A stretch of 64,000 nucleotides of DNA from Escherichia coli (lineage in GTDB: Bacteria > Pseudomonadota > Gammaproteobacteria > Enterobacterales > Enterobacteriaceae): the NCBI RefSeq assembly GCF_046105845.1, contig NZ_CP151004.1; one strand, written 5' to 3'. Under the pieces are notes generated by a model. The model saw only the letters and a program-made list of their open reading frames with translations, was not told the DNA's origin and did no database searches. The position numbers and the translations under genes are program-made. Positions 23,570-37,135 of the stretch are shown here, one piece after another (the first letter of the stretch is position 1; each line of letters opens with the position of its first letter).

Positions 23570-24531
23570 TGCGTAGCGCGCAGGTATACCGCTGGCAGAT
23601 CCCCATGGACGCGGGGGTGGTTCTGCGCGACAGGCGGTTAAAAACCCGCGACGGGCTGTATGTTTGCCTGCGTGAGGGCGAGCGCGAAGGGTGGGGGGAG
23701 ATCTCCCCACTACCGGGCTTCAGCCAGGAAACCTGGGAAGAGGCACAAAGCGTGCTGCTTGCTTGGGTAAATATCTGGCTGGCAGGTGATAGCGAGCTAC
23801 CGCAAATGCCTTCCGTGGCCTTTGGCGTAAGCTGTGCATTGGCAGAACTGACCGATGCGTTGCCGCAAGCAGCCAACTACCGTGCGGCACCGCTGTGTAA
23901 TGGCGATCCTGACGATCTGATCCTCAAACTTGCCGATATGCCTGGCGAGAAAGTGGCGAAGGTCAAAGTGGGATTGTACGAAGCCGTGCGCGACGGCATG
24001 GTGGTCAATCTGTTGCTGGAGGCAATTCCGGATCTGCATTTGCGTCTTGACGCGAACCGCGCCTGGACGCCGCTGAAAGGCCAGCAGTTTGCCAAATACG
24101 TTAACCCGGATTATCGCGACCGCATCGCGTTTCTCGAAGAGCCGTGCAAAACCCGCGATGATTCCCGTGCGTTTGCCCGTGAAACCGGCATTGCCATTGC
24201 CTGGGATGAAAGCCTGCGCGAGCCGGATTTTGCCTTTGTGGCTGAAGAGGGCGTGCGCGCGGTAGTTATCAAACCTACGCTCACGGGCAGCCTGGAGAAA
24301 GTACGCGAGCAGGTGCAGGCGGCGCATGCGCTGGGGCTGACGGCGGTGATCAGTTCATCTATTGAGTCGAGCTTAGGCTTAACGCAACTGGCGCGGATTG
24401 CCGCCTGGTTAACACCAGAGACTATTCCAGGGCTGGACACGCTGGATCTGATGCAGGTGCAGCAGGTACGTCGCTGGCCGGGTAGCACGCTGCCTGTCGT
24501 GGAAGTTGATGAGCTGGAGCGGTTGTTATGA
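23569..24531 (+). CDS. menC: o-succinylbenzoate synthase (enolase superfamily)
   Basis: 320 aa. Confidence 0.95.
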
Positions 24532-25883
24532 TCTTCTCTGACTGGCCGTGGCGTCACTGGCGGCAAGTGCGGGGAGAAGCCATCGCCTTACGTCTTAATG
24601 ACGAGCAACTCAACTGGCGCGGGCTTTGTGCTCGCGTCGATGAATTAGCCTCCGGCTTTGCGGCGCAGGGCGTTGTTGAGGGCAGCGGTGTGATGTTGCG
24701 GGCGTGGAATACGCCACAAACGCTGCTCGCCTGGCTGGCGTTACTGCAATGCGGGGCGCGGGTGCTGCCCGTGAACCCTCAGCTGCCGCAACCGTTGCTT
24801 GAAGAATTGCTGCCCAATCTGACGCTGCAATTTGCGCTGGTGCCGGATGGGGAAAACACGTTTCCGGCGTTAACGTCGCTGCACATTCAGCTGGTTGAAG
24901 GCGCACATGCCGCTGCGTGGCAGCCGACGCGTCTGTGCTCAATGACGTTGACCTCCGGCTCTACCGGTTTGCCGAAAGCCGCTGTTCATACTTATCAGGC
25001 CCATCTTGCCAGTGCGCAAGGTGTGTTATCGCTGATACCGTTTGGCGAGCACGATGACTGGTTGCTCTCTTTACCGCTGTTTCACGTCTCCGGTCAGGGA
25101 ATTATGTGGCGCTGGTTGTACGCTGGTGCGCGGATGACGGTACGTGATAAACAGCCATTGGATCAAATGCTGGCAGGCTGTACGCACGCTTCACTGGTGC
25201 CAACACAACTCTGGCGTTTGCTGGTTAACCGCAGTTCCGTTTCCCTGAAAGCGGTGTTACTTGGCGGCGCGGCTATCCCGGTCGAGTTGACGGAACAGGC
25301 GCGCGAGCAGGGGATTCGTTGCTTTTGCGGCTATGGTCTGACCGAGTTTGCCTCCACGGTGTGTGCGAAAGAAGCCGACGGTCTGGCAGACGTCGGTTCG
25401 CCGCTGCCGGGTCGGGAAGTGAAAATCGTAAACGACGAAGTGTGGCTGCGGGCTGCCAGCATGGCAGAAGGTTACTGGCGTAACGGGCAACTGGTTCCAC
25501 TGGTTAATGACGAAGGCTGGTACGCCACGCGCGATCGCGGTGAGATGCATAATGGCAAGCTGACCATTGTCGGACGTTTAGACAATCTGTTCTTCAGTGG
25601 TGGCGAAGGCATTCAGCCAGAAGAAGTCGAGCGCGTTATTGCTGCACATCCTGCGGTTTTGCAGGTGTTTATCGTTCCCGTTGCCGACAAGGAGTTTGGT
25701 CATCGACCGGTAGCGGTGGTGGAGTATGACCAGCAAACCGTTGATCTTGACGAATGGGTGAAAGATAAGCTGGCTCGTTTTCAACAACCGGTGCGTTGGC
25801 TGACGCTTCCACCTGAACTGAAAAACGGTGGTATTAAAATTTCACGTCAGGCGCTAAAAGAGTGGGTGCAACGCCAGCAATAA
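24528..25883 (+). CDS. menE: o-succinylbenzoate-CoA ligase
   Basis: 451 aa; AMP-binding motif [10 protein letters not shown]. Confidence 0.95.
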   Translation: MIFSDWPWRHWRQVRGEAIALRLNDEQLNWRGLCARVDELASGFAAQGVVEGSGVMLRAWNTPQTLLAWLALLQCGARVLPVNPQLPQPLLEELLPNLTLQFALVPDGENTFPALTSLHIQLVEGAHAAAWQPTRLCSMTLTSGSTGLPKAAVHTYQAHLASAQGVLSLIPFGEHDDWLLSLPLFHVSGQGIMWRWLYAGARMTVRDKQPLDQMLAGCTHASLVPTQLWRLLVNRSSVSLKAVLLGGAAIPVELTEQAREQGIRCFCGYGLTEFASTVCAKEADGLADVGSPLPGREVKIVNDEVWLRAASMAEGYWRNGQLVPLVNDEGWYATRDRGEMHNGKLTIVGRLDNLFFSGGEGIQPEEVERVIAAHPAVLQVFIVPVADKEFGHRPVAVVEYDQQTVDLDEWVKDKLARFQQPVRWLTLPPELKNGGIKISRQALKEWVQRQQ

Positions 25884-25992
25884 TTAACCATCCGTTTCAC
25901 TTCTCATTTCTGCCATTCCATTGCCGTTGATAAAGAGTTTATCTGTTAATCTGTAAATTGATGTGAAAACTCTTAGCAAACAGGATAATGCA

Positions 25993-26259
25993 ATGGAATG
26001 GCTGGTCAAAAAATCGTGCTGCGATAAACAAGATAACAGACATGTACTTATGCTCTGCGATGCTGGCGGCGCGATAAAAATGATCGCCGAAGTGAAGAGT
26101 GACTTCGCCGTGAAAGTGGGCGATTTACTCTCCCCTTTGCAGAATGCGCTTTACTGTATTAATCGTGAAAAGCTGCACACGGTGAAAGTCCTCTCGGCAA
26201 GCAGTTACAGCCCCGATGAGTGGGAACGGCAGTGTACAGCGGCAGGGAAAACTCAGTAA
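25993..26259 (+). CDS. pmrD: PmrD, connector protein between PhoPQ and PmrAB/BasRS signalling
   Basis: 88 aa from [10 protein letters not shown]; located between menE and the arn operon. Confidence 0.85.
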   Translation: MEWLVKKSCCDKQDNRHVLMLCDAGGAIKMIAEVKSDFAVKVGDLLSPLQNALYCINREKLHTVKVLSASSYSPDEWERQCTAAGKTQ

Positions 26260-26639
26260 CGTTGTTTTGTCGTGGGCAGGAAAATCAACATCAACCCGCT
26301 CATAATACAAGCAACTCCCAGTAGTGCCTTCAGCGAAAAAGTTCCTTCCCAGTCGGGAAGTATCATTGATGCAATCCATACCAGCACATAGCTCATACTG
26401 AGTAAGGCATAGGCTTTGCTTAACGCAAGTTTATGTAGCGTTTTATACCAACAAAAAACGGAAAGCAGATAACCCAGCAGCCCGAGTAACAGTATCCGGG
26501 CATCCAGGCCAAAAGCTAACAGCGCCGCGATAAAATCCCATAAGTGCGTCATCGGCGGTAGATGACTCGCCGCATAACCCAGGCTTAATTGCGCAGCTGA
26601 GGCAATAATGACGCTGAATAATCCCCACATCAGGCCCAT
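26253..26639 (-). CDS. arnF: Undecaprenyl-phosphate-L-Ara4N flippase subunit ArnF
   Basis: 128 aa from [10 protein letters not shown], 4 TM; the 222-aa ORF in the track is an upstream extension in arnE territory. Confidence 0.85.
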   Translation of the reverse strand: MGLMWGLFSVIIASAAQLSLGYAASHLPPMTHLWDFIAALLAFGLDARILLLGLLGYLLSVFCWYKTLHKLALSKAYALLSMSYVLVWIASMILPDWEGTFSLKALLGVACIMSGLMLIFLPTTKQRY

Positions 26640-26974
26640 TACACCGTACTCCCGAGGATCACAATGCCGCCAATAATGAACGCTACCCCACACCAGTGAC
26701 GCAGCGATACCGGCTCGTGCCACAGTTTTACCGCAGCCAGCGTCACCCAGACAAAATTCAGACTTAACATCGGGTAGGCAATGCCTACCGGTACGTTCTG
26801 CAAGACCAGCAGCCAGAGCACCATGGCAAGGCCAAGACAAGCCAGCGCCAGTCCCAGCCACAGCACGATATGTTTGCGCCGTTTGTTTATTGCCACAAAG
26901 CAGGTTGCCTGTTTCTGACACAACTGCCCGGCAACGCTAAGCAAGCTGGCAAAGACTAATGTTAGCCAGATCAT
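26639..26974 (-). CDS. arnE: Undecaprenyl-phosphate-L-Ara4N flippase subunit ArnE
   Basis: 111 aa small membrane protein. Confidence 0.85.
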   Translation of the reverse strand: MIWLTLVFASLLSVAGQLCQKQATCFVAINKRRKHIVLWLGLALACLGLAMVLWLLVLQNVPVGIAYPMLSLNFVWVTLAAVKLWHEPVSLRHWCGVAFIIGGIVILGSTV

Positions 26975-28623
26975 TTGGGACGATACTGAATCAGCACCAG
27001 ACGCTCCTGACGATCGATGGCATCTGCGGGCGGAATGGCGAGACTGTTGATATCTTCATCGCGGTCAACCGAAAGCACGAGTGTAATAATCCCCTCCTGA
27101 CGATGTTGATTAAGCCAGTTTGCGAACTCATCACCGCTGACAAATCTCCCTTTCGCATCCGGATAATTAAGGCCGTATTTCAACTCACCTGTCTGGCGAT
27201 ACATGATGATGTCATCGCGTTGCAGGCTCCATGCCAGACCTGCGGCAACACCCACGCTGTCAGTAAGAATATAGCGGCTTGGCTGCAGTGATTCTTGTGT
27301 CATCTCGACAAAAAATTGCGGATGTTTTCCTTCCATGACTCTGTCAGGAATTGAAAATCCTACCAGCAACGCCAGCCCCAGCGGGCAAAGCGCGGCAAAA
27401 GACCAGGTCTTTTCGACGTTTGTTAAGGTGTACCAGCCGAAAAATGCCCATAGCGAAAAAATCGACCAGGCACAAAAGACTTTATAGCTCTCGAAGGTTT
27501 GCCACACTGGCGTGTTCATTGGTCCCCATGGGGAGACCACAAATGTGGCAATAATGCCAGTGACACCAAAAGCGATGTTAATCCAGCCATTAATCCGCAG
27601 CGCCAGAGGATTATTTTTTGCTGCCAGCAAAGCGTAATGCGCCATCAGCATTGCCAGAGGTGCAAAGCAGGAAAGAATATAGGTGGGCAATTTGCCTTTA
27701 GCGACGGAGAAAAACAGCAGCGGCATTATCGTCCAGCTCAACAAATAGACGGTTGCGGAATGCTTGCGGTTTTTCCAGCCTGCGTACAGTGCTCCGGGGA
27801 GTAATCCCAGCCACGGCAGGCTACCGGCAATGATGACCGGCAAGTAGTACCAGAACGGAGCTCTATGCTGAGCATCATCCATTGCAAAGCGTTGAATATG
27901 CTCAACCCAGAAAAAATAGTGCCAGAAGTCAGGCTCCCGCTGCGCTATCGCCAGTCCCCAGGGGAGAACCGTCAGTACGCAACTGATAACCGCCAGCCAG
28001 CCGTAAATAAAGAGATCTTTCCAGCGTTTTTGCGTCGCCACCCATGGCAGCACGCTTAATACCGGCACGGCAAGGGCGAGAAAACCTTTGGTCATCACTC
28101 CCATGCCGCAAGTGATTCCCAGCAGTAAAAATCCCGCGCTTTTGCCTTTCCACGTCTGTGCCTGCATTGCCAGCCAGAAGCTGCACATTCCCGCCACCAG
28201 CCAGAATGCAATAAACGGATCGAGCACGGCATAAGTGCCAATGGCATAGACAATAAACAATGAGAGATAAATCACTGCGGCGAGTAGAGCCAGACGTTTA
28301 TCGCGCCATAAGCGCAGAGTAAACCAGGCCACCAGCGCGGCAGTTAACAGGGTCGCAAAGATAACGCCTGCCCGCACACCAAAGTTATTTGCGCCAAATA
28401 GCCATTGCCCAATGCTGTTAATCCAGTATCCGGCAATGGGTTTTTCGAAATAACGTAGCCCTAACAGATGGGGCACAATCCAGTCGCCGGATGCCAGCAT
28501 TTCCCGACTGATTTCCGCATAACGCGTTTCATCGGGTTGCCAGAGCAGACGCGTGCTGATCGGTAACAGGTAATAGCAGGCAATAAACGCGAAGAGGCCG
28601 ATAAGGTAACGTACCGATTTCAT
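26971..28623 (-). CDS. arnT: Lipid A 4-amino-4-deoxy-L-arabinose transferase
   Basis: 550 aa polytopic membrane glycosyltransferase. Confidence 0.95.
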   Translation of the reverse strand: MKSVRYLIGLFAFIACYYLLPISTRLLWQPDETRYAEISREMLASGDWIVPHLLGLRYFEKPIAGYWINSIGQWLFGANNFGVRAGVIFATLLTAALVAWFTLRLWRDKRLALLAAVIYLSLFIVYAIGTYAVLDPFIAFWLVAGMCSFWLAMQAQTWKGKSAGFLLLGITCGMGVMTKGFLALAVPVLSVLPWVATQKRWKDLFIYGWLAVISCVLTVLPWGLAIAQREPDFWHYFFWVEHIQRFAMDDAQHRAPFWYYLPVIIAGSLPWLGLLPGALYAGWKNRKHSATVYLLSWTIMPLLFFSVAKGKLPTYILSCFAPLAMLMAHYALLAAKNNPLALRINGWINIAFGVTGIIATFVVSPWGPMNTPVWQTFESYKVFCAWSIFSLWAFFGWYTLTNVEKTWSFAALCPLGLALLVGFSIPDRVMEGKHPQFFVEMTQESLQPSRYILTDSVGVAAGLAWSLQRDDIIMYRQTGELKYGLNYPDAKGRFVSGDEFANWLNQHRQEGIITLVLSVDRDEDINSLAIPPADAIDRQERLVLIQYRPK

Positions 28624-29513
28624 CAGCGACTACCCGCAATTTGTTGGCAACCCAGCCAGCCTTCACGTCCGGCAATATTTCCGCGAACAACTTGCCCGAG
28701 CGGCAACGTCCCTGATAACAGTTCGCTTAAAGGGCAAAATGTCACGCCTTCCTGGGCTGCCCGTTTCAGGAGATCCACAAAATTATGCTGATAAGCGCAG
28801 CCTTCAACTTCTGCATGAATGGTATAAACCGGCGTGCCTTTATCTCGCAGGATGCGGTTGAGTAACCAACCGTTAAAATCTTCTGCTTTCACATCCCGAC
28901 CAATCACTTCATCCCAGGTGGGTAAGGTCACCGGAATTTGCGCAGTGCCAGGGTTTCCTGATTCGAGCAGTGGACGGAACGGCATGGCCCCACGACAATC
29001 GCTGTTGTAGCGCAAATGGAACGCTTCTTTTGCTTCGATCACCTGCTGGTCGGCACGCCAGCCCGCAGCGGCAGAACAGGTTACCGGTTGACCGATAATC
29101 TCTTCCAGAGTGCGAAGGCCGCGTGCAATATCGTCGACCAATGTTTGCCGATCCCAGTTACCGCTATGGGCTTGCCAGGCATGGTGATCCCAGGCGTGCA
29201 GGCCGACTTCGTGGTGTTTAGCCGCTTCACGAATGATATCGGCATTGGCATGACCAATCTCTTTACCTGGCCAGGCCGTACCTGCCAATAAAATATCCCA
29301 GCCATAAAGCGATGCTGCGTTTGAGCGCAGCATCTTCCACAAAAACTGTGGCTTCACCAGTCGCCAGAGATGGCGGCCCATATTGTCCGGCCCGACGCTG
29401 AAAAAAATGCTGGCCTGAATATTATGCTTACTCAAGATTTCCAGCAGACGCGGCACGCCTTCACGGGTGCCACGAAAGGTATCGACATCAATGCGTAAGC
29501 CTACTTTGGTCAT
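28623..29513 (-). CDS. arnD: Undecaprenyl-phosphate-Ara4FN deformylase
   Basis: 296 aa, polysaccharide deacetylase fold. Confidence 0.95.
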   Translation of the reverse strand: MTKVGLRIDVDTFRGTREGVPRLLEILSKHNIQASIFFSVGPDNMGRHLWRLVKPQFLWKMLRSNAASLYGWDILLAGTAWPGKEIGHANADIIREAAKHHEVGLHAWDHHAWQAHSGNWDRQTLVDDIARGLRTLEEIIGQPVTCSAAAGWRADQQVIEAKEAFHLRYNSDCRGAMPFRPLLESGNPGTAQIPVTLPTWDEVIGRDVKAEDFNGWLLNRILRDKGTPVYTIHAEVEGCAYQHNFVDLLKRAAQEGVTFCPLSELLSGTLPLGQVVRGNIAGREGWLGCQQIAGSR

Positions 29514-31491
29514 GATGGTTTATCCGTAAGCTCGACGGTGCGCAAGAAGAAATCCAGCGTTTCGTCGATGGTTTCCTGCATATCAATTTTCGGCTCCCAG
29601 TCCAGGCAGCGGCGGGCATTGCGGATGCTTGGTTTACGATGCTCTACGTCCTGATATCCTTTGCCGTAGTAGCTGCTACTTTCGACAACGCGAAAGCCCG
29701 CAAACGGTGGGAAGTGATGGCGCAGCGGATGTTTTTCGAAGCTCGCCAGCAGCATCTCGCCCAGTTCCTCAATGCTCGCTTCGTTCTCAGGATTGCCAAT
29801 GTTGATAATTTCGCCGTCGCAGCGATTTCCCGCATTTTCGATAATGCGGTACAACGCCTCGATACCATCCCGGATATCAGTAAAGCAGCGTTTTTGTTTT
29901 CCGCCATCAATTAGCTTAATTGGTGAACCTTCTACCAGATTGAGAATGAGTTGCGTAATAGCGCGGGAGCTGCCAATTCGCGCTGCATTAAGGTTATCCA
30001 GTCGTGGCCCCATCCAGTTAAACGGGCGGAAGAGGGTGAACTGTAAACCCTCTTTTTCGCCATAGGCCCAGATCACCCGATCAAGTAATTGTTTAGACAC
30101 CGAATAAATCCAGCGTGGTTTATTCACCGGGCCGACGATTAAATTAGAATGGTCCTCATCGAAGTATTTATCGCTACACATCCCATAAACTTCTGAAGTC
30201 GACGGGAAGATGATTCGCTTACGGTACTTCACGCAGTAGCGGATAATGCGTAGATTCTCTTCAAAATCGAGTTCAAATACGCGCAGTGGGTTGCGGGTAT
30301 ATTCAATCGGCGTGGCTATCGCCACCAGCGGCAAGACGACATCACATTTTTTGATGTGATACTCAATCCATTCGGAATGAATACTGATATCGCCTTCGAC
30401 AAAGTGAAAATGCGGATGATTCAGAAAACGGCTTATCGCATCGCTGCCAATATCCAGACCGTAAACTTCATAATGATCTTCGCGCAGCAGGCGTTCTGTC
30501 AGATGGTTGCCAATAAAGCCATTCACCCCGAGGATGAGTACCCGGGTACGGCGTCGGGCGGTGCAGGCAGGCTGGCTATTCAAGCGTGAACCTTGCACCA
30601 GGCCCAGCGTCTGCGCTAATTGCGAGCCCTGCATAGTAATGCCGTCGCCCGCCTGTCCGGTGACGATTTCCAGCGCGCCATCGCCACAGGCAATCAGCAG
30701 TGGCGCAACAGAAATCACGCTCCCCGGTTGTGCTGCGGGCGCATGAGAATGCACGCGTGACGACCAGACGGTAAATTTCTGATTACCAACATAGCTGAAG
30801 GCACCCGGCCACGGATCGGCAACGGCACGCACCATGTTGTGCAGCACGGATGCCGGTTTATGCCATTCGAGGAAACTGTCTTCCGGTGTTCTGCGACCAA
30901 AACAGGTGGCTTCGTTTTCGCGCTGGGCGATTTCCAGAATATTACCGTGTTTAATGGCGGGTAATGTCTGCTCCAGTAGCTGGCGCGCGGCATGGCACAA
31001 TTTATGATGCAGCGTAATAGCGATATCGTCTGGCGCAATGGCAATGCGCAGTTGCGCCACAATGGCCCCGGCATCGGCACGTTTCACCATTCGGTGCAAT
31101 GTAACGCCAGTTTCCGTTTCACCGTTCACCAGCACCCAGTTCAGCGGCGCGCGACCACGATATTTTGGTAACAGCGAACCATGCAGATTAAATGCACCTG
31201 CGGGAGCGAGCTGCAAAATCTCGTCGCAAATAAGATGGCGATAATAAAAAGAGAAAATCACATCTGGTGATAGTTGGGCAATGCGTTCCACCCACAGCGG
31301 ATGATTAACGTTATCCGGCGCATAAACCGGAATGCCCCTTTCCGCCGCCAGACGAGCTACCGAACCATAAAAGGCTTTTTCACCGGGATTATCAGTATGA
31401 GTAAAAATAGCGCTAATTTCGTAACCGGCAGCCAGCAGGGCTTCAATACCGAGGCATCCCATATCGTGGTAGGCAAAAACGACGGTTTTCA

Positions 31492-31492
<1 letters not shown>
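29510..31492 (-). CDS. arnA: Bifunctional UDP-GlcA decarboxylase / UDP-Ara4N formyltransferase
   Basis: 660 aa; N-terminal formyltransferase domain, C-terminal SDR domain with [10 protein letters not shown]. Confidence 0.95.
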
Positions 31493-32463
<971 letters not shown>

Positions 32464-33621
32464 TTATTGTCCTGCGAGTTGCTGAAGGGCTGTGATGACG
32501 CGGTCGGCATCGGCGGTAGTCATATCCGGGAACAGCGGCAACGAACAGATGCGTTCGCTATTCCATTCGGTATTCGGTAACGACAGCGTGGGAAAACGCT
32601 CGCGATAATATTTTTGTGTGTGAGCGGCGCGGAAATGTAACCCGGTACCAATACCTCTTTCTTTTAACGCTTCCATCAACGCATCGCGACTGATACCACA
32701 ACGTTGTTCATCGACACGAATAATAAACAGATGCCAGGCGTGAACGTGCGGCCAGGCGGGAAGGCTTAATGGCTGAAAGGGGAGAGCTGCCAGTGCTTGC
32801 TGATATTGCTGGGCAATTTCGCGCCGACGGGTGTTGAGGTGCTCTAATTTGGCTAACTGGGTCAGGGCAATCGCGGCGTTAATATCGGTCAGATTATACT
32901 TATAGCCCGGCGTTAAGACTTCAGCTTGCGGTGCACGGCCCCAGGTTTGTCTGTCATAGGCATCGACACCCAGACCGTGAAATTTTAGCATCCGTAGCTG
33001 GCGGGCAAGGTTTTCATTATCAGTAACAATCAGGCCACCTTCCGCACAGGTAATATTTTTGATGGCGTGAAACGAAAAAATAGCGGTACCTTTTGCGCCA
33101 ATATGTCGGCCTTTGTAATACGTACCGACGGCATGGGCAGCATCTTCGATAACTGCGATGCCGTAACGTTCGCCAATGGCGCGAATGGCGTCAATATCTG
33201 CTGGCGCACCGGCATAATGCACCGGAATGATGGCTTTAGTGCGTGGCGTAATGGCTGACTCGATCGCTTCAGGCGTGACCATCAGCGTATCGTGGTCGAC
33301 ATCCACCATTACCGGCGTTGCACCCAACAAGGAAATCATATTGAGGGTTGAAACCCAGGTCAGGGAAGGCGTAATCACTTCATCGCCCTTGCCAATTTCC
33401 AACGCCATTAGCGTGATATGCATTCCGGCGGTGGCTGAATTGACCGCGATGGCATGCTGATTTCCCGTCAACTGGCAAAAGGCTTGTTCAAGCGCCTGAT
33501 TCTTCGGACCGGTTGTGATCCAACCGGATTCGAGAACCTCTTTAACTGCAGCGAGTTCCTCCACGCCCATTGCTGGTCGCGAAAAAGGCAAAAATTCTGA
33601 CATTGTTTTTCCTTCCGCCAT
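32464..33621 (-). CDS. arnB: UDP-4-amino-4-deoxy-L-arabinose aminotransferase (DegT family)
   Basis: 385 aa from [10 protein letters not shown]; PLP-lysine region [13 protein letters not shown]. Confidence 0.93.
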   Translation of the reverse strand: MAEGKTMSEFLPFSRPAMGVEELAAVKEVLESGWITTGPKNQALEQAFCQLTGNQHAIAVNSATAGMHITLMALEIGKGDEVITPSLTWVSTLNMISLLGATPVMVDVDHDTLMVTPEAIESAITPRTKAIIPVHYAGAPADIDAIRAIGERYGIAVIEDAAHAVGTYYKGRHIGAKGTAIFSFHAIKNITCAEGGLIVTDNENLARQLRMLKFHGLGVDAYDRQTWGRAPQAEVLTPGYKYNLTDINAAIALTQLAKLEHLNTRRREIAQQYQQALAALPFQPLSLPAWPHVHAWHLFIIRVDEQRCGISRDALMEALKERGIGTGLHFRAAHTQKYYRERFPTLSLPNTEWNSERICSLPLFPDMTTADADRVITALQQLAGQ

Positions 33622-33701
33622 TGAATACCTGTCCACTTATATTTGCTATAAAGAGTGTTGTGTATATTTTGCCATTTGGAGCGAAATTTTAAGGATAGAA
33701 T

Positions 33702-33718
33702 ATTAACTTAACCTTAAG
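33702..33718 (-). promoter_or_regulatory. Candidate PmrA/BasR box in arnB promoter
   Basis: On the arnB sense strand reads CTTAAG-GTTAA-GTTAAT, two hexamer half-sites with 5-nt spacer; TAAAAT -10-like element follows. Confidence 0.6.
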
Positions 33719-33910
33719 AAACTAATATTAGACGTAAATATTGAAATTTTTATATTTTTTCTTATTTAGGCTTTGCATTTGGCAAAATTTTGAGGCATTT
33801 TGCCGGCATCGCAGGATTTTTAATATTACACCAACTGCTAATTATCGCCAGAAATGTCGCTCAATTTCACGGTAATTGTCTGGTTGCGCTTGTCTATAGG
33901 TGGAGTTTAC

Positions 33911-34513
33911 GTGTTAGCTTTTTGCCGCTCTTCGTTGAAGTCAAAAAAATATTTCATCATTTTACTGGCGCTCGCTGCAATTGCCGGACTGGGTACTCAT
34001 GCCGCCTGGAGTAGCAATGGTTTGCCACGTATCGACAATAAAACGCTGGCCAGACTGGCACAGCAGCATCCGGTTGTCGTTTTGTTTCGCCATGCTGAAC
34101 GTTGCGATCGTTCAACCAACCAATGCTTGTCAGATAAAACAGGTATTACGGTTAAAGGTACCCAGGATGCCCGTGAACTGGGCAACGCTTTTAGTGCTGA
34201 TATCCCTGATTTCGATCTTTATTCCAGTAATACCGTCCGGACCATTCAGTCGGCGACCTGGTTTTCAGCGGGTAAAAAGCTGACGGTAGATAAACGACTT
34301 CTTCAGTGCGGTAATGAGATTTATAGTGCAATTAAGGACTTACAAAGCAAAGCGCCTGATAAAAATATCGTTATTTTCACCCATAATCATTGCCTGACAT
34401 ATATTGCTAAAGATAAGCGTGATGCGACATTTAAACCTGATTATCTGGATGGTTTAGTCATGCATGTGGAAAAAGGCAAAGTTTATCTGGATGGGGAATT
34501 CGTTAACCACTAA
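33911..34513 (+). CDS. ais: Ais/PmrG-like LPS core heptose(II)-phosphate phosphatase (histidine phosphatase fold)
   Basis: 200 aa from GTG at 33911; signal peptide; RHAER catalytic-His motif; divergent from arnB. Confidence 0.8.
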   Translation: MLAFCRSSLKSKKYFIILLALAAIAGLGTHAAWSSNGLPRIDNKTLARLAQQHPVVVLFRHAERCDRSTNQCLSDKTGITVKGTQDARELGNAFSADIPDFDLYSSNTVRTIQSATWFSAGKKLTVDKRLLQCGNEIYSAIKDLQSKAPDKNIVIFTHNHCLTYIAKDKRDATFKPDYLDGLVMHVEKGKVYLDGEFVNH

Positions 34514-34523
34514 ATTTTCAATC

Positions 34524-34545
34524 TGACAGCCAGTAATGGCTGTCA
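34524..34545. terminator. Hairpin between convergent ais and nudI
   Basis: 8-bp stem TGACAGCC/GGCTGTCA, 6-nt loop. Confidence 0.45.
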
Positions 34546-34551
34546 TCATTG

Positions 34552-34977
34552 TTACAGAAGACCTTTCAAACGTAACGTTTTTCGGGTGGCGACATTCAAA
34601 TCATAATGCACCAGATCTTCAGGTTTTACCCACGCGTAGTCCTGAAACTCTTCGTTTATTTTCACTTCTCGGTTGGCAGAAACGCAGTCAAAAATCAGGT
34701 AAATCATATAAATCTCTTCCTTGCGACCATCTGCATACGTCTTGGTGCGAATATCATCGCTGAAGGTCCACGGCGTGATTTCTGTCAAAAGCAGCTGTTC
34801 TCCCAGTTCTTCGCGAATTTCGCGGCGTAGTGCCTCTTCAATTCGTTCGCCAGGCTCCACGCCGCCACCCGAAAGCGCCCATTGACCGGGGAAAACGCCG
34901 CGATCGTCGGCCATTTTACACAGCAAATAAGCACCATCATTTTGAATCAAAGGGCATACAATAGTCCGTTGTCGCAC
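34552..34977 (-). CDS. nudI: Nudix hydrolase NudI
   Basis: 141 aa from GTG start; Nudix box [24 protein letters not shown]. Confidence 0.85.
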   Translation of the reverse strand: MRQRTIVCPLIQNDGAYLLCKMADDRGVFPGQWALSGGGVEPGERIEEALRREIREELGEQLLLTEITPWTFSDDIRTKTYADGRKEEIYMIYLIFDCVSANREVKINEEFQDYAWVKPEDLVHYDLNVATRKTLRLKGLL

Positions 34978-35255
34978 GGGGATATTCCTTATAAATAAAA
35001 AGAAACCATGAGAATACGGTAACTCAGAAATATGTGAAAGTGACAGTAATCTCTTTTGCGATGATAACTGCACTTATTATTATTTTTGTGTGTATCGATA
35101 AAGTGTGTTTATTTTTTCGGCGTTTAATTATTTAAGAAGTATTTAGTTACAATAAGTGACTAGATCCCTTTTTTCGCTCATTGAATCCTCTGTGCCAGGC
35201 AGTACAATCCCGCAGCTTTGGGAATTTTGATTTATTGCTTGTGGGAGAGGGGAAA

Positions 35256-35798
35256 ATGAAAAAAATTGCGCTAGCAGGTCTGGCCGGAATGCTGTTGGTT
35301 TCTGCATCGGTCAATGCAATGAGCATCAGCGGCCAGGCGGGTAAAGAATACACCAATATTGGTGTCGGTTTTGGGACTGAATCGACGGGCCTGGCGTTAA
35401 GCGGTAACTGGACACATAACGACGACGACGGTGACGTCGCGGGCGTGGGGCTGGGGTTGAATCTGCCTCTCGGGCCGTTAATGGCGACCGTTGGCGGAAA
35501 AGGCGTTTACACCAACCCGAATTACGGCGATGAAGGTTATGCCGCAGCGGTAGGAGGTGGTTTGCAGTGGAAAATTGGCAACAGCTTCCATTTGTTTGGC
35601 GAGTATTACTACTCTCCGGATTCGCTCTCCAGCGGTATTAAAAGTTATGAGGAAGCGAATGCGGGCGCGCGTTACACCATTATGCGTCCAGTGAGTATTG
35701 AGGCGGGCTATCGCTACCTGAACCTTTCTGGTAAAGACGGTAACCGCGACAACGCCGTGGCTGACGGCCCGTATGTTGGGGTTAACGCCAGTTTCTGA
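35256..35798 (+). CDS. yfaZ: Small outer-membrane beta-barrel protein YfaZ
   Basis: 180 aa from MKKIALAGLAGMLLVSASVNA signal peptide; C-terminal aromatic residue. Confidence 0.85.
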   Translation: MKKIALAGLAGMLLVSASVNAMSISGQAGKEYTNIGVGFGTESTGLALSGNWTHNDDDGDVAGVGLGLNLPLGPLMATVGGKGVYTNPNYGDEGYAAAVGGGLQWKIGNSFHLFGEYYYSPDSLSSGIKSYEEANAGARYTIMRPVSIEAGYRYLNLSGKDGNRDNAVADGPYVGVNASF

Positions 35799-35897
35799 TC
35801 CCTTCCGGCGCGGCATTCTGTCGCGCCATTCAGTTTCTTACTACGCCTTATCTCCCTTTGCGTTATAGTGATTCGATAACAAAAGCAGGAGATAACC

Positions 35898-37100
35898 ATG
35901 TTAAAAGTGGAAATGCTATCCACCGGGGATGAAGTGTTACACGGGCAAATCGTTGACACTAACGCTGCCTGGCTGGCCGATTTTTTCTTTCATCAGGGGT
36001 TGCCATTATCTCGCCGCAATACGGTGGGAGATAACCTTGATGACTTAGTGACCATTCTTCGCGAACGGAGTCAGCACGCCGATGTGCTGATCGTTAACGG
36101 CGGGCTGGGGCCGACCAGTGATGATTTAAGCGCACTCGCCGCTGCAACAGCAAAAGGGGAAGGCCTGGTGCTGCATGAGGCCTGGCTCAAAGAGATGGAA
36201 CGCTATTTCCACGAACGTGGACGAGTAATGGCACCGAGCAACCGTAAACAAGCGGAGCTGCCTGCCAGTGCTGAATTTATCAATAACCCGGTAGGCACCG
36301 CCTGTGGTTTTGCCGTGCAGCTTAATCGTTGCCTGATGTTCTTTACCCCCGGCGTACCGTCAGAATTTAAGGTGATGGTCGAGCACGAAATCCTGCCGCG
36401 CCTGCGCGAGCGTTTTTCTTTACCGCAGCCGCCGGTTTGCCTGCGTTTGACTACCTTTGGTCGTTCGGAAAGCGATCTGGCACAAAGCCTGGACACTCTA
36501 CAATTGCCGCCGGGCGTAACAATGGGCTATCGCTCTTCTATGCCGATTATCGAACTGAAACTCACCGGACCGGCAAGCGAGAAACAGGCGATGGAAAAAT
36601 TGTGGCTGGACGTTAAACGTATTGCCGGACAGAGCGTGATTTTCGAAGGTACCGAAGGACTGCCCGCGCAGATCAGCCGCGAATTGCAAAACCGCCAGTT
36701 CAGCCTGACGTTGAGCGAGCAATTCACCGGTGGTTTATTGGCTTTGCAACTTTCTCGCGCAGGTGCTCCATTGCTGGCGTGTGAAGTGGTTCCTTCACAG
36801 GAAGAAACCCTGGCGCAAACGGCGCACTGGATTACAGAACGGCGGGCCAACCATTTTGCCGGGCTGGCACTGGCTGTTTCGGGTTTCGAGAACGAGCATC
36901 TCAACTTTGCGCTAGCCACGCCAGATGGCACTTTCGCTCTGCGTGTACGTTTCAGCACTACACGCTACAGCCTGGCTATCCGTCAGGAAGTGTGCGCAAT
37001 GATGGCACTGAATATGCTGCGCCGTTGGTTAAACGGTCAGGACATCGCCAGTGAGCATGGCTGGATTGAGGTTGTTGAGTCCATGACTTTATCTGTCTGA
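35898..37100 (+). CDS. yfaY: CinA-like (MoCF-binding) domain protein YfaY
   Basis: 400 aa, CinA N-terminal domain-like. Confidence 0.85.
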   Translation: MLKVEMLSTGDEVLHGQIVDTNAAWLADFFFHQGLPLSRRNTVGDNLDDLVTILRERSQHADVLIVNGGLGPTSDDLSALAAATAKGEGLVLHEAWLKEMERYFHERGRVMAPSNRKQAELPASAEFINNPVGTACGFAVQLNRCLMFFTPGVPSEFKVMVEHEILPRLRERFSLPQPPVCLRLTTFGRSESDLAQSLDTLQLPPGVTMGYRSSMPIIELKLTGPASEKQAMEKLWLDVKRIAGQSVIFEGTEGLPAQISRELQNRQFSLTLSEQFTGGLLALQLSRAGAPLLACEVVPSQEETLAQTAHWITERRANHFAGLALAVSGFENEHLNFALATPDGTFALRVRFSTTRYSLAIRQEVCAMMALNMLRRWLNGQDIASEHGWIEVVESMTLSV

Positions 37101-37112
37101 TTCCGCCACTCT

Positions 37113-37135
37113 GTGCCGGTTTACTGCACCGGCAC
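37113..37135 (+). terminator. Hairpin after yfaY
   Basis: 8-bp stem GTGCCGGT/ACCGGCAC, no clear U-tract. Confidence 0.4.

Noticed and set aside
22547-23710. 387-aa minus-strand ORF overlapping menH and menB
   Set aside because: Antisense artefact across two genuine men genes
25884-25992. Possible PhoP box (GTTTAT-N5-TAATCT) upstream of pmrD
   Set aside because: Second half-site matches the TGTTTA consensus poorly; not supportable without a PWM score
26253-26921. 222-aa ORF appearing to fuse arnF with upstream sequence
   Set aside because: The upstream part overlaps arnE in a different frame; arnF is the 128-aa product from MGLMWGLF
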